Source: a virus
Taxonomy: Duplodnaviria > Caudoviricetes
Length of the DNA: 58,949 bases
Reading direction: 5' to 3' (one strand)
IMG/VR virus record: IMGVR_UViG_3300005764_000001
Span: 1-58,949 of that record
Below, one piece after another: positions 9,880-18,839 of the stretch. A program made the translations under genes and the position numbers. Under the pieces are notes generated by a model. The model searched no databases. It was not told the origin of the DNA and worked only from the letters and a program-made list of their open reading frames with translations. Positions within the stretch are counted from its first letter, which is position 1, and each line of letters starts with the position of its first letter.

Positions 9880-10760
9880 GCGTCGACCCGGCCACCACCG
9901 TGACCGACGACGCCTGCCGCTGCCTGATCACGGCCGGGCGCAACATGAAGGTCACCGGCGGCGGCGTCGCGATCAACCCCTACACCCTGTCGGCGATCGT
10001 CACCCCGTCCGCCGAGCCCGGAAACCGGGCCACCGCCGGATCCGACGGGCGGCTGTACGTGCCCGCGTGGACGGTCGCCGACACCACCTCGGTCGACCTG
10101 TCCGGCAACGCCACCGCCGCCAGCCCGCTGACCGGCGTCCTGCGCCGCGACACCTCGACCGCCGGGCAGGCGTACTTCGTTACCGGCACCGGCAACTACG
10201 TGCCGAGCATCGCCACGTCGCTGGCCCAGACGGCGGCGATGTGCGACGCGGTCGCCGACTGCACCGGCACCCACCTGTCCGCCGGGCTGGCCTACACCAC
10301 CGCCACCCACCTGCTGGCCCTCAAGGTGTCCACCGACGCCGGGAACCTGGCCGCGTTCGGCCCCGACACCGGCCTGTACGCGAAGATCCCCGACACCGGC
10401 TGGATCGACAACGCGACCACCCCGTGGCTGACCTTCCAGACCGGCTTCGCCCAGTCCCCGACCCAGCCGAGCCTGGCCCGCTACATCGGACAGCAGGTGT
10501 TCATCGTCGTCGGCGTCCAGCGCACCGGCGCGAACCTGGTCCCCAACGCCGGCTGGGACATCGCCGTCGCGCCGATGTTCACCATCACCGACACCCGCTT
10601 CCAGCCCAGTGTCGCCGGACACACCGGCCGGGTCTTCAGCTCCACCCAGATCGGCGGCTACACCCTGTCGCTGGCCGGGGCGGCGAACCTGGAAACCATC
10701 AACTCCACCCTGTCGACCGGGCAGAACCTGGCCACCTCCAACACCTACCTGCGGCCCTGA
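9876..10760 (+). CDS. Tail fibre paralog 2
   Basis: Shares modules with neighbouring fibres; DTGWIDNATT C-terminal domain. Confidence 0.7.
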   Translation: MSVDPATTVTDDACRCLITAGRNMKVTGGGVAINPYTLSAIVTPSAEPGNRATAGSDGRLYVPAWTVADTTSVDLSGNATAASPLTGVLRRDTSTAGQAYFVTGTGNYVPSIATSLAQTAAMCDAVADCTGTHLSAGLAYTTATHLLALKVSTDAGNLAAFGPDTGLYAKIPDTGWIDNATTPWLTFQTGFAQSPTQPSLARYIGQQVFIVVGVQRTGANLVPNAGWDIAVAPMFTITDTRFQPSVAGHTGRVFSSTQIGGYTLSLAGAANLETINSTLSTGQNLATSNTYLRP

Positions 10761-10775
10761 CCGGCCCGGCGTGGC

Positions 10776-10819
10776 TAGCATGAACCGACAACCTCGCCGC
10801 TGGCTGCGGGCCGGGCACC
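10776..10819 (+). promoter_or_regulatory. Late-type promoter: -10 TAGCAT plus downstream GCTGGCTGCGGGCCG box
   Basis: Near-identical to 11744-11787; same spacing as at 57945 and 57892. Confidence 0.7.
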
Positions 10820-10843
10820 CGTAACGAATTTCGGGGGTGCGCC

Positions 10844-11716
10844 GTGCCCGGACGCGTCGTCTGCTGCACCAAATCCGGCCGCTGCACCTGCGCCGTGCAG
10901 GCAGGCACCAACGTCACCGTGCTCGGCACCGGCGGCGCCGAAGACCCCTACGTGGTGTCCAGCATCACCGCCGCGTCCGCCGACGCGGGCAACATCGCCC
11001 GCATGGGCAGCGACGGGCGCATCTACGTACCCGCCCCGGTGATCAACGACAGCAGCACCGTCGACTTCTCCGGCACCGCGTCGGCTACCACCCCGCTGAC
11101 CGCCGTGGTGAAGCTGGCCACCGACACCGGCAACATCATGGCCATCAACGCCGGCGGCCTGTACGCGCCCAACGTCGCCACCCAGCTCGCCCAGACCGCC
11201 AACTGCAACGCCGTCGCCGACTGCGTCGGCACGCATCTGTCCAACGGGCTGACCTACAACAGCTCCACCCGGCTGCTGTCGGCCCGCCTGTCGGGCAACA
11301 CCGGCAACATGCTCACCTTCGGCACCGACAACGGCATCATGGCCAAGCCCGTCGACACCGGCTGGATCAACAACGCCACCACCGCCTGGCTGACCTGGGC
11401 CCCGAACTGGACCACCGGGGCCGGCACCGCGACCCAGGCCCGGCGCATCAACACCGTAGTGTCGCTGGTCGTCAACGCCATGCGCAGCGGCGCGAACCTG
11501 ACCCCGACCACCCAGGACATCCCCGACGAGCTGGTCCTGACCATCACCGACAGCCGGTTCCTGCCCAGCCAGCCGTACTACGGCATGTTCCAGTCCGGGT
11601 CGCAGATGGCCGGCTACGTGCTGGCCACCAACGGGCAGCTGACCATCATGACGCTGACCACGCAGCTGGTCACCAACCAGACCCTGCAAACCACCCCGAG
11701 CTTCCCCGGCAACTGA
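10844..11716 (+). CDS. Tail fibre paralog 3
   Basis: Colinear with 9876-10760 (LAQTA..C.AVADC.GTHLS.GL.Y and DTGWI.NATT.WLT). Confidence 0.7.
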   Translation: MPGRVVCCTKSGRCTCAVQAGTNVTVLGTGGAEDPYVVSSITAASADAGNIARMGSDGRIYVPAPVINDSSTVDFSGTASATTPLTAVVKLATDTGNIMAINAGGLYAPNVATQLAQTANCNAVADCVGTHLSNGLTYNSSTRLLSARLSGNTGNMLTFGTDNGIMAKPVDTGWINNATTAWLTWAPNWTTGAGTATQARRINTVVSLVVNAMRSGANLTPTTQDIPDELVLTITDSRFLPSQPYYGMFQSGSQMAGYVLATNGQLTIMTLTTQLVTNQTLQTTPSFPGN

Positions 11717-11743
11717 CCCGCCCCCGCCGGACGCCGCCCCGGA

Positions 11744-11787
11744 TAGCATGAAGCGGCAATCTCGCCGCTGGCTGCGGGCCGGGCACC
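11744..11787 (+). promoter_or_regulatory. Late-type promoter: -10 TAGCAT plus downstream GCTGGCTGCGGGCCG box
   Basis: Repeat of 10776-10819. Confidence 0.7.
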
Positions 11788-11813
11788 CCGTCCCGTGATG
11801 CCGGTGGTGCGAC

Positions 11814-12986
11814 ATGTCCGTACGGTTCGGCTGCTGCGGTCCCCAGTCCTCGCCGAGCGCCGCCTGCGGCTGCGCCGTGATCGCCGGCGCCAACGTCACC
11901 GTCACCGGCGTCGGCACCGCCGGCAGCCCCTACGTCATCGCCGCCACCGGCGGCGGCAGCGGGCCGTCGATCTCCACCGACGCCGGAAACCAGCTCACCA
12001 ACGGCACCGACGGCGGCCTGTACGTCCCCGACGACCCGGTCGCCTCCGCCGCCACATCGACGGTCGCCCTGGCCGGGCTCGGCACCACCGCCTCGCCGCT
12101 GACCGCCACCGCGAAGCTGTCGGCCACCGCCGGAAACATCCTGACCGCCAACGCCGACGGGCTGTACGCCACCGAAGCCCCGCTCGCCTCCGCCGCAACG
12201 GCGACGGTCAACCTGGCCGGGCTCGGCACCACCGCGTCGCCGCTGACCGCCACCGCGAAGCTGTCGGCCACCGCCGGAAACGCCGTCATCGCCAACGCCG
12301 ACGGCCTGTACGTGCCTGCGTCCAAGCCGTTCGACCGGCTGGTGTTCGTCAGCCCCGGCGCCTTCACCTACACCAAGCCCGCCGGAGCGACCGAGGTGCG
12401 CATCCTGTGCCTGGGCGCGGGCGGCGCGGGCGGCAACGTGCCCACCTCGGCCGCCGGGGAGCACGCCTGCGGCGGCGGCGGCCAGGCCGGCGGCTACACC
12501 GAGGCGGTCTTCCCCGCCGCGTCGCTGGGCGCCACCGAGACGGTCACCGTCGGCACCGGCGGCGCGACCGGCGCGGCCGGGGCGACCGACGGCGCGGACG
12601 GCACCGCCAGCTCCGTCGGCGCGCTGATCAACGCGCCGGGCGGACAGGGCGGCAAGGCCGGGCTCAACTCGTCGGCGTTCACCACCAGCGCCGGGGGTGC
12701 CTTGACCGCGCTCGGCACGACCACCGTGGCGGGCATCCGCTCGGCGGGCGCCCCGGGCGGGGCCGGGTTCGGCACCGGCACAGTCGGCGCGGGCGGGCAA
12801 GGCGGCAGCAGCTTCGCCGGTGGCGGCGGCGCGTCGATGGTCGGATCCGGTGCGATCTCCAGCCGCGGCGGGGTGCCCAACGGGTCCGGCGCGGGCGGCG
12901 GCGGAGCGATCAGCGCGGCCGGCGGCGCCGGGATCGGCGCCCAGGGCGGGCGCGCCGGGCTGGTCGTCATCGACACCTACTTCTAG
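11814..12986 (+). CDS. Tail fibre paralog 4 with glycine-rich C-terminal domain
   Basis: Shared N-terminal module, 48-aa internal repeat, then FTYTKPAGA...GAGGAGG...GLVVID Gly-rich domain. Confidence 0.75.
   Translation: MSVRFGCCGPQSSPSAACGCAVIAGANVTVTGVGTAGSPYVIAATGGGSGPSISTDAGNQLTNGTDGGLYVPDDPVASAATSTVALAGLGTTASPLTATAKLSATAGNILTANADGLYATEAPLASAATATVNLAGLGTTASPLTATAKLSATAGNAVIANADGLYVPASKPFDRLVFVSPGAFTYTKPAGATEVRILCLGAGGAGGNVPTSAAGEHACGGGGQAGGYTEAVFPAASLGATETVTVGTGGATGAAGATDGADGTASSVGALINAPGGQGGKAGLNSSAFTTSAGGALTALGTTTVAGIRSAGAPGGAGFGTGTVGAGGQGGSSFAGGGGASMVGSGAISSRGGVPNGSGAGGGGAISAAGGAGIGAQGGRAGLVVIDTYF
12040..12313 (+). repeat. 144-bp-period tandem repeat inside fibre 4
   Basis: ASAAT.TV.LAGLGTTASPLTATAKLSATAGN...ANADGLY encoded twice with near-identical DNA. 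Confidence 0.9.
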
Positions 12987-12997
12987 GCCGCACGCGC

Positions 12998-14587
12998 ATG
13001 TTCATCGAACCGTCGCTGATGAGCGACTCGCAGATCGAAAGCGAGATCCGCGCCCTGTCGGCCGCCCAGGACGCCGCCCGCTACAACTGGGACCGCCACG
13101 CCCGCGCCGCGCAGCGCGAACCGGCGCAGTACCACACGTGGCTCATCATGGCCGGGCGCGGCTACGGCAAGACCCGCACCGGCGCGGAGACGCTGCGCGG
13201 CTGGGCGCGCCAGCGCCCCGGCCAGTACGCGGTGATCGCCAAGAGCCAGCGCGAAGTCCTCGCGGTGTGCTTCGAGGCGCCCCGGGCCGGGCTGCTCGCG
13301 GTGGTGCCCGACGAGGATGTCGCCGGGTTCCGGCGGGGCGCGGGCTCGGTAGCTTTGCATCTGCGCAACGGTAGCGTCATCCGGGCGTTTTCCGCCGAGT
13401 CCCCGGACGCGCTGCGCGGCTACGCGTTCGACGGGGTGTGGTGCGACGAGTTTTCCGCCTGGCAGCACCAGACCGCGCAGGCCACATTGGACATGGCGTG
13501 GTTCTGCCTGCGCGAGGCGGTCGAACCCCGGATGGTCGTCACGTTCACCCCGCGCAACCTGGCCCACGTCAAGGCCCTGGTCAAGCGCGCCGAAACCGAT
13601 CCGAAGGTGGTGTTGACCCGTGGCCGCACCAGCGAAAACGCGGCCAACCTGTCGGCGGCGGCGCTGGCCGAGCTGGACGACCGCTACGGCGGCACCCGGC
13701 TGGGCCGCCAGGAGCTGGACGGGGAGCTGCTCGGCGACGACGAGAACGCGCTGTTCAACCTCGGCTGGATCGAATCGGCCCGGGTCGACTACGCGCCGCC
13801 GCTGCGCCGGGTGGTCGTCGCCGTCGACCCCACGTCGACCGCGCACGAGCAGTCCGACGAGTGCGGCATCGTCGTGGCCGGGACCGGCCCGGACGGGCAC
13901 GACTACGTGCTCGCCGACGCGTCCGCCCGGGTCGCCGGCGCCGCCGCCGCCGCCCTGGTGTGGCGCACGTTCCTGGCCCACGACGCCGACGAGGTCGTGC
14001 TGGAAGGCACCAGCCTGTGGATGCTCGACGCCCTGCAGGACGCCTACGACCAGATCGCCGACGGCGTCGACCTGCCTTACGGCAAGGCCCCGGTCGTCAC
14101 CGTCACCGGCAAGAACCAGGCCAAACGCGTACGTGCCGAGCCGGTCGCCGCCAAGTACGAACAGCACCGGGTGCACCACGTCGGGGTGCTGGCGCAGCTG
14201 GAGCAGCAGATGTGCGACTGGTCGCCGGACTCCAAGAAATCCCCCGACCGCCTCGACGCCCTCGTGCACGCCATCGCGCGGCTGCGAACCAAAACGTCGT
14301 ATCAGGCCACGATCGCCACGACCCGCACCATCGTGCGCCGGATCGCGCCGCCGGCCGCCGCGCTACCGGCCCGCGCCCCGTGGCGGCTCGCGCAGCTGGC
14401 CGGTGGCCGACGCGGCGATGAGCACTTCGGCCTCGCCCCGGTGCACCGCCAGATACGAGCCCAGCGACAGCACCCGCGCGAGGCGGGTGGCGCAGCCCTG
14501 GTTGAGCCGGGCGGCGGCGGCACGGGCGGACCGGCTGGTGCGGAAATGCAGCCCGGTCATCCGCCACACGCTGTCTTGCCGGTGTAG
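12998..14587 (+). CDS. terL: Terminase large subunit
   Basis: Walker A AGRGYGKT, Walker B WCDE, GTRLGRQELDGE, nuclease motifs VAVDP and SPDRLDA. Confidence 0.95.
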   Translation: MFIEPSLMSDSQIESEIRALSAAQDAARYNWDRHARAAQREPAQYHTWLIMAGRGYGKTRTGAETLRGWARQRPGQYAVIAKSQREVLAVCFEAPRAGLLAVVPDEDVAGFRRGAGSVALHLRNGSVIRAFSAESPDALRGYAFDGVWCDEFSAWQHQTAQATLDMAWFCLREAVEPRMVVTFTPRNLAHVKALVKRAETDPKVVLTRGRTSENAANLSAAALAELDDRYGGTRLGRQELDGELLGDDENALFNLGWIESARVDYAPPLRRVVVAVDPTSTAHEQSDECGIVVAGTGPDGHDYVLADASARVAGAAAAALVWRTFLAHDADEVVLEGTSLWMLDALQDAYDQIADGVDLPYGKAPVVTVTGKNQAKRVRAEPVAAKYEQHRVHHVGVLAQLEQQMCDWSPDSKKSPDRLDALVHAIARLRTKTSYQATIATTRTIVRRIAPPAAALPARAPWRLAQLAGGRRGDEHFGLAPVHRQIRAQRQHPREAGGAALVEPGGGGTGGPAGAEMQPGHPPHAVLPV

Positions 14588-14806
14588 CACCACCCAGCGG
14601 CGGGCGTCGGCGATCGCCGACAGCCGCACCCCGAACGGCAGCACCTTGATGCCGTGCACCCGGGCCGCGCCGTCGGCCGCGTCCAGCTCCATGATCCGCT
14701 GCGCGGCCCACTTGGCATCACGAAAGTCGGTGAACACCAGGCCGGTCGCCCGCCATCCGTCGCTGCCGGGGTCGTACTCGTGCAGCGTCCAGTGCGAGTG
14801 CGCCAT
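14363..14806 (-). CDS. Hypothetical protein with internal duplication
   Basis: GAGG RBS; WRxTGLxF motif twice; overlaps the terL 3' end. Confidence 0.5.
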   Translation of the reverse strand: MAHSHWTLHEYDPGSDGWRATGLVFTDFRDAKWAAQRIMELDAADGAARVHGIKVLPFGVRLSAIADARRWVVLHRQDSVWRMTGLHFRTSRSARAAAARLNQGCATRLARVLSLGSYLAVHRGEAEVLIAASATGQLREPPRGAGR

Positions 14807-14893
14807 CCTCACCCCCGTCGCCGGGCTCGACCGGCCCGGCGGGCCGGGGACCCAGCAGCGCCCACAGGTGGGCGATCTGGGCGGGCGGCAGCT

Positions 14894-15109
14894 TCACAGC
14901 GACCGCCGGTGCAGCTGCTCGGTCGCCAGCGCGTCCAGATAGGCGTCCAGGTCGGCCTTGCGGAACCGCCGGTGCGCGCCCGGCGGCTTGATGGACGGCA
15001 TGCCCGCCGCCACCCAGCGCCGCAGCGTCGACTCGGTCACGCCCAGGTAGGTGCACGCCTCCGCGACCGTCATCAGGCCGCTCGTCGGTGCGTATTCCGA
15101 CGCGATCAC
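14894..15109 (-). CDS. Excisionase/MerR-like HTH DNA-binding protein
   Basis: LMTVAEACTYLGVTESTLRRWV...GAHRRFRKADLD. Confidence 0.85.
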   Translation of the reverse strand: MIASEYAPTSGLMTVAEACTYLGVTESTLRRWVAAGMPSIKPPGAHRRFRKADLDAYLDALATEQLHRRSL

Positions 15110-15485
15110 TCGATCCCCCTCGTTCGTCTCGCGGCGGCCGACAAACGTGACGATCGGCGCCGCGAGGGTTGCAACGGGTGTAAAACCCCGCGAGGAAAGG
15201 GACTTTAGCGGTTTCAGCTGCTCAGACACGCGGTCAAGAGCAAAACGGCTGGTAAAGGTGGTAGATGATTGCCTATGGCGCGCTGTCGTTCACCCGAAAG
15301 GGTGACGAACGGTGCTCTGTAACGGATGTGAACGCAAACACCTTTTAGCTGGCAACCGGCCCCATACCCCGAACGGGTGACATTAGTCATGGCGGCGGTG
15401 CCGGGCGGCGGCCCACGGCGGCCCACGACCGAATTGATGGCGGTCAATTCGTGACGGTGCGACGTCATGCCTGTTGCACTCGGGC

Positions 15486-15719
15486 ATGAACCCAGCCGAC
15501 GAACCAGCCCCGGCCACGCACACCAAGGTCACCGTCAACCTGACCGCGAAGTCCTACCGGTCTCTGAGCGTTGCCGCGCAGCTCGGCGAGCACAACCGCA
15601 CCGACGCCATCAACCGGGCCGTCCAGCTGTACGCCTGGTGGCTGCAACAGGACGCGGCCGGGGCCGAGCACATCCTGCGCCTGCCCAACGGCGACTACAA
15701 GATCGTCGAACTGCTGTGA
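15486..15719 (+). CDS. Ribbon-helix-helix-like regulator
   Basis: KVTVNLT...NRTDAINRAVQLY. Confidence 0.65.
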   Translation: MNPADEPAPATHTKVTVNLTAKSYRSLSVAAQLGEHNRTDAINRAVQLYAWWLQQDAAGAEHILRLPNGDYKIVELL

Positions 15720-15733
15720 CCACCGGAGCACCC

Positions 15734-15883
15734 ATGCCAACCCCGCCGCCCGACCCGCCCACCCGCCCCACCAAAACCGAGTGCTGGAACGAATTCTGGG
15801 ACGTCGTCGCCCGCGCCTGGGTCGACGCCCGCCGCCGCAAGGCCGCCGAACGCATCGCCCACGAAAAGGGCCGCAACCCGTAG
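15734..15883 (+). CDS. Small hypothetical protein
   Basis: GGAG RBS, 49 aa, helical basic C-terminus. Confidence 0.5.
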   Translation: MPTPPPDPPTRPTKTECWNEFWDVVARAWVDARRRKAAERIAHEKGRNP

Positions 15884-15907
15884 GCTGCGGCCCTCTCGCT
15901 GAAACCC

Positions 15908-17476
15908 TCAGACCTCCCACCGGCCCACCGGCCGCACCCGGTCCCCCATCGAGACGTCGACCGGCACCACCACCGCCCAGCCCATTACCTTCAACAACGC
16001 CTCCCGCCGATCCGCAGCCGGCAGCTCCTCCCAGCTCTCGCGCAACGACACAAACGACCCCAGCTGGTCCACCCCCGACGACAGCTGACGCGCCCGCGCC
16101 AACTCCAGCGACTCCCGCGCCGCCAGCGTCTCCGCCTCCACCGCCCGGCTCAGCGAATCAAACTCCTCAACCGTGATCCGGTCATCGGCCAGCAAACCCA
16201 CCAGCCGCCGCCGCTTGGCACCCAACCGGCCCAGCTCCCGCTGCACCGACTCGACATCGGCCGCGCTTTGCTGCATCAGCGCAAACCGCTCCGCCCGAGC
16301 AGCCGCACCATCGCCGCCCTCGACCTGCGCCTCCACCCACGCCATCACCGCCGCCATCGCCTGCCGGTCATTGACGAAGTTGCCCGGGTGCGAACCGGCG
16401 TTATTCGCCTGCCAGCAGTACCACTGCATGTACCTACGCGACTTCACGCGCACCTGGACCCACCGAGCGCGCATCTTCCGACCGCAGCCCTCCGCGCCAC
16501 ACACCAACAGCGACGACAGCTCGTACACGGCGGTACGCGCCCGAGGCGGCAACTCCGCCTGTGCCAACCGCCGCCGCCTGTACTGCTCCCAAAGATCGAC
16601 AGAGATCGCCGCCTCGTGCGAACCCTGCCGCCAGATGTCGTAACTGCTCAGCCGCTCGCCCCTCGGCTTCGTCCCCCGTTCCGCTCCCGGCACATCCGAC
16701 TTCTCGCGAAGCAGTCCGGCGGCAAACCCCGTATCCAACATCCGGCCAAGTCGCCCCCCAGTCCAAAGCGATCCGCGAGTCGTAAGCAATCCGCGCTGGT
16801 TCCACTCCACCGCCAACGACCGCAGCGACTTGCCCGCAACGTATCGCCGATAAGCGTCCTCAAACACCGGCGCTTTCTCGGGGTCCAGAACATAGCGCTT
16901 CGAGCCGTCTGGAGCCGGATAGAAATAGCCCCATCGCGCCCCCCCACCGCTCGGCAATCCGGCCTTGCGCCGCATGTTGTGTGTCTCCCGCCAGCCGTCG
17001 GCAATCTGATTGCTCTGAAACTCCGCGATCAGCAGCATCTGGTCCCGGGTGAACCTGCCGACCGATGTGCGCTCGTCGAAATCCTCGGTCGCCGCGTGCA
17101 CCACCCCGCCGGCCCGCTTAACCGCCTCCAGATACACCAGCGACTGCTGAAGATTGCGGCCCCACCGTGACCACTTCCACAACAGCACATGCGTCCAGCG
17201 GCCCTCCTGGATGCCCTCGATGACCTCGTGCACGCGGCGCTTGGTGAACGAGCGTCCGGACTTGTCGATGTCGGGGATCGTCGCCACAACCCGCATACCG
17301 TTCCGCGCGGCGTAGGACCCGATCGCATCCTCCTGGATCTCGGGCGAGATCATCTCCTCACCCCTGCCCATCACCGCGGACACGCGAATGTAGGCCAAAG
17401 CGTTTACCAGAACGGGTTCTGCGTCTGCTGCGCTGGCGCCAGCACGCGCCGTCGTCCTCGTTTGTGTACCAGTCAC
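15908..17476 (-). CDS. int: Large serine integrase
   Basis: YIRVS catalytic motif, D.SG, SRWGRN, recombinase domain WGY, Zn ribbon (CGAEGCG...YC), coiled coil; GGAGG RBS before GTG at 17476. Confidence 0.95.
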   Translation of the reverse strand: MTGTQTRTTARAGASAADAEPVLVNALAYIRVSAVMGRGEEMISPEIQEDAIGSYAARNGMRVVATIPDIDKSGRSFTKRRVHEVIEGIQEGRWTHVLLWKWSRWGRNLQQSLVYLEAVKRAGGVVHAATEDFDERTSVGRFTRDQMLLIAEFQSNQIADGWRETHNMRRKAGLPSGGGARWGYFYPAPDGSKRYVLDPEKAPVFEDAYRRYVAGKSLRSLAVEWNQRGLLTTRGSLWTGGRLGRMLDTGFAAGLLREKSDVPGAERGTKPRGERLSSYDIWRQGSHEAAISVDLWEQYRRRRLAQAELPPRARTAVYELSSLLVCGAEGCGRKMRARWVQVRVKSRRYMQWYCWQANNAGSHPGNFVNDRQAMAAVMAWVEAQVEGGDGAAARAERFALMQQSAADVESVQRELGRLGAKRRRLVGLLADDRITVEEFDSLSRAVEAETLAARESLELARARQLSSGVDQLGSFVSLRESWEELPAADRREALLKVMGWAVVVPVDVSMGDRVRPVGRWEV

Positions 17477-17501
17477 GGTGCCCTCCGGGATCCCCCACAA
17501 T
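17461..17501. promoter_or_regulatory. 41-bp inverted-repeat site E, covering the integrase RBS and start
   Basis: Right half CGGGATCCCCCACAAT matches site B at 15/16; GTG and CAC 32 nt apart; left half degenerate. Confidence 0.55.
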
Positions 17502-17502
17502 C

Positions 17503-17551
17503 GTGCGCACTTTAGCACGGTCTCCGTTCGTGAACGTGCTCAAAGTACATA
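17503..17551. mobile_element. Candidate attP
   Basis: Imperfect inverted repeat ACTTTAGCACG...CGTGCTCAAAGT, about 49 bp overall, directly upstream of int. Confidence 0.6.
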
Positions 17552-17595
17552 CGGGCGCCTGACCACCGCAAGCCCTCATGTTGCGCCGTTTGCCG

Positions 17596-17895
17596 TCAGC
17601 TGCGGTAGAGCGAGCGGCGGCGGGCCTTTTCGACGCGGCGTTTTTGTACGCGGGTGACGGCGGTGGCGTAGTGGTAGTGGGGGCACCAGCGGCAGCGGTA
17701 GCGCACGACGGGTGTGGCGTAGTTGCGGCAGCGGTGCAGCTCGTCGATCCATGCGTCGACCTCTTCGCGGGTGGCGAAGGGGATTTTGGAGCGGCATTTC
17801 GCGCGGTCGCGTTGGCAGTGCCAGCAGTCGGCGATGGGCTGGTTTCGCCGGGGGTGGTGCTTGCGGTGCCAGGTTTCCAGGCGCGCGGTGTCCAT
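17596..17895 (-). CDS. Small basic Cys/His protein
   Basis: CWHC, C.SK..F and YRCRWC..YH motifs; GAAAGG upstream. Confidence 0.65.
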   Translation of the reverse strand: MDTARLETWHRKHHPRRNQPIADCWHCQRDRAKCRSKIPFATREEVDAWIDELHRCRNYATPVVRYRCRWCPHYHYATAVTRVQKRRVEKARRRSLYRS

Positions 17896-17939
17896 TGTGG
17901 CGCCCTGCCTTTCGGTGGGCTGGCCGGTGGCGCGGGCGG

Positions 17940-18839
17940 TCAGGGGTTGGCGGTGTATTCGCGCCAGCTGATGACTACGCGGTTGGGGTCGATGGTGTTG
18001 CGCTTGTGTCCGGCGCGGCCGTGGGAGGGTCCGACGGCGACGTAGTCGATGACGGTGGTCAGTAGTTCGCGGCGGCGTTCCAGGGAGTTGTTGTCCCACC
18101 AGGTTTCCAGGCCGTCCGCGGTGGCTTCTGGGAGGGTTTGCAGGGCGGCGAGGCGCTCTCGTTCGGCGTCGGCTACGCGGGTGAGGGCGGCTTGGGCTTG
18201 GGTGAGGGCGAGCCAGCCTTCGTGGGGCAGGTGGCCGTTGAGGTAGTCGTCGGCGGCTTGGGCGACGCGGGCGGCGATGGCGGCTAGGCGGGCGTCGAAG
18301 GTGTCGGTTTGGGCGTGGGCGAGGAGTTGGGCTTGGACGTCGGGGTCGGTGATGCGGTTGAAGGCGGCGTCGCGGACGTAGGCGTTGAGGGGTTCGGAGG
18401 AGATTCGGATGCCGCCGCAGCCGCCGTTGTAGGGGCTGGGGCACATGTAGGTGGGCAGTTTGCTGTCGGAGGGTTTTGAGACCAGGGCGTGGCCGCACAG
18501 GGCGCAGCGGGAGAGGTGGCCGGTGAGCAGGTGGGCGACTTTGAAGGTCTGGTTGGTGATGCGCTGGGGGTCGTTGAAGATGGCGATCATGGCGTCGTAG
18601 GTTTCGCGGGGGACGAGTCCCTTGTCGGCGTGGATGGGGCTGCGCAGCATGCGCAGTAGGCCGGCGGGGCGCCAGTAGTAGCCCTGGGTGGTGAGGATTT
18701 GTTTGTCGTTCCATTCGGCGGTGATGGAGCGCAGTGATTCTCCGGCGACGACGCGGCGGATTGCGTCGATGATGTGGGTGGCCTCGTCTTCCACAATGGT
18801 TCGTTCTTTGGTGTCGTCGTACCCGAATCCGCGTGCCAC
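17940..18839 (-). CDS. Serine-integrase-like protein lacking the catalytic domain (recombinase + Zn ribbon + coiled coil only)
   Basis: Begins at ARGFGY; GESLRSITAEWN, LLTG...CALCG...YMC...GCG, ERRRELL..VID.V.V; no YxRxS motif in the open upstream frame. Confidence 0.85.
   Translation of the reverse strand: MARGFGYDDTKERTIVEDEATHIIDAIRRVVAGESLRSITAEWNDKQILTTQGYYWRPAGLLRMLRSPIHADKGLVPRETYDAMIAIFNDPQRITNQTFKVAHLLTGHLSRCALCGHALVSKPSDSKLPTYMCPSPYNGGCGGIRISSEPLNAYVRDAAFNRITDPDVQAQLLAHAQTDTFDARLAAIAARVAQAADDYLNGHLPHEGWLALTQAQAALTRVADAERERLAALQTLPEATADGLETWWDNNSLERRRELLTTVIDYVAVGPSHGRAGHKRNTIDPNRVVISWREYTANP

Noticed and set aside
8991-12986. Diversity-generating retroelement or invertible tail-fibre shufflon
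   Set aside because: No reverse transcriptase, no adenine-specific template/variable repeat pair, and all fibre genes are complete and co-oriented without inverted crossover sites
11795-12997. 930-aa ORF implying a fibre-terminase fusion
   Set aside because: The first 400 codons are an Arg-rich off-frame shadow of fibre 4; terminase sequence begins at ATG 12998
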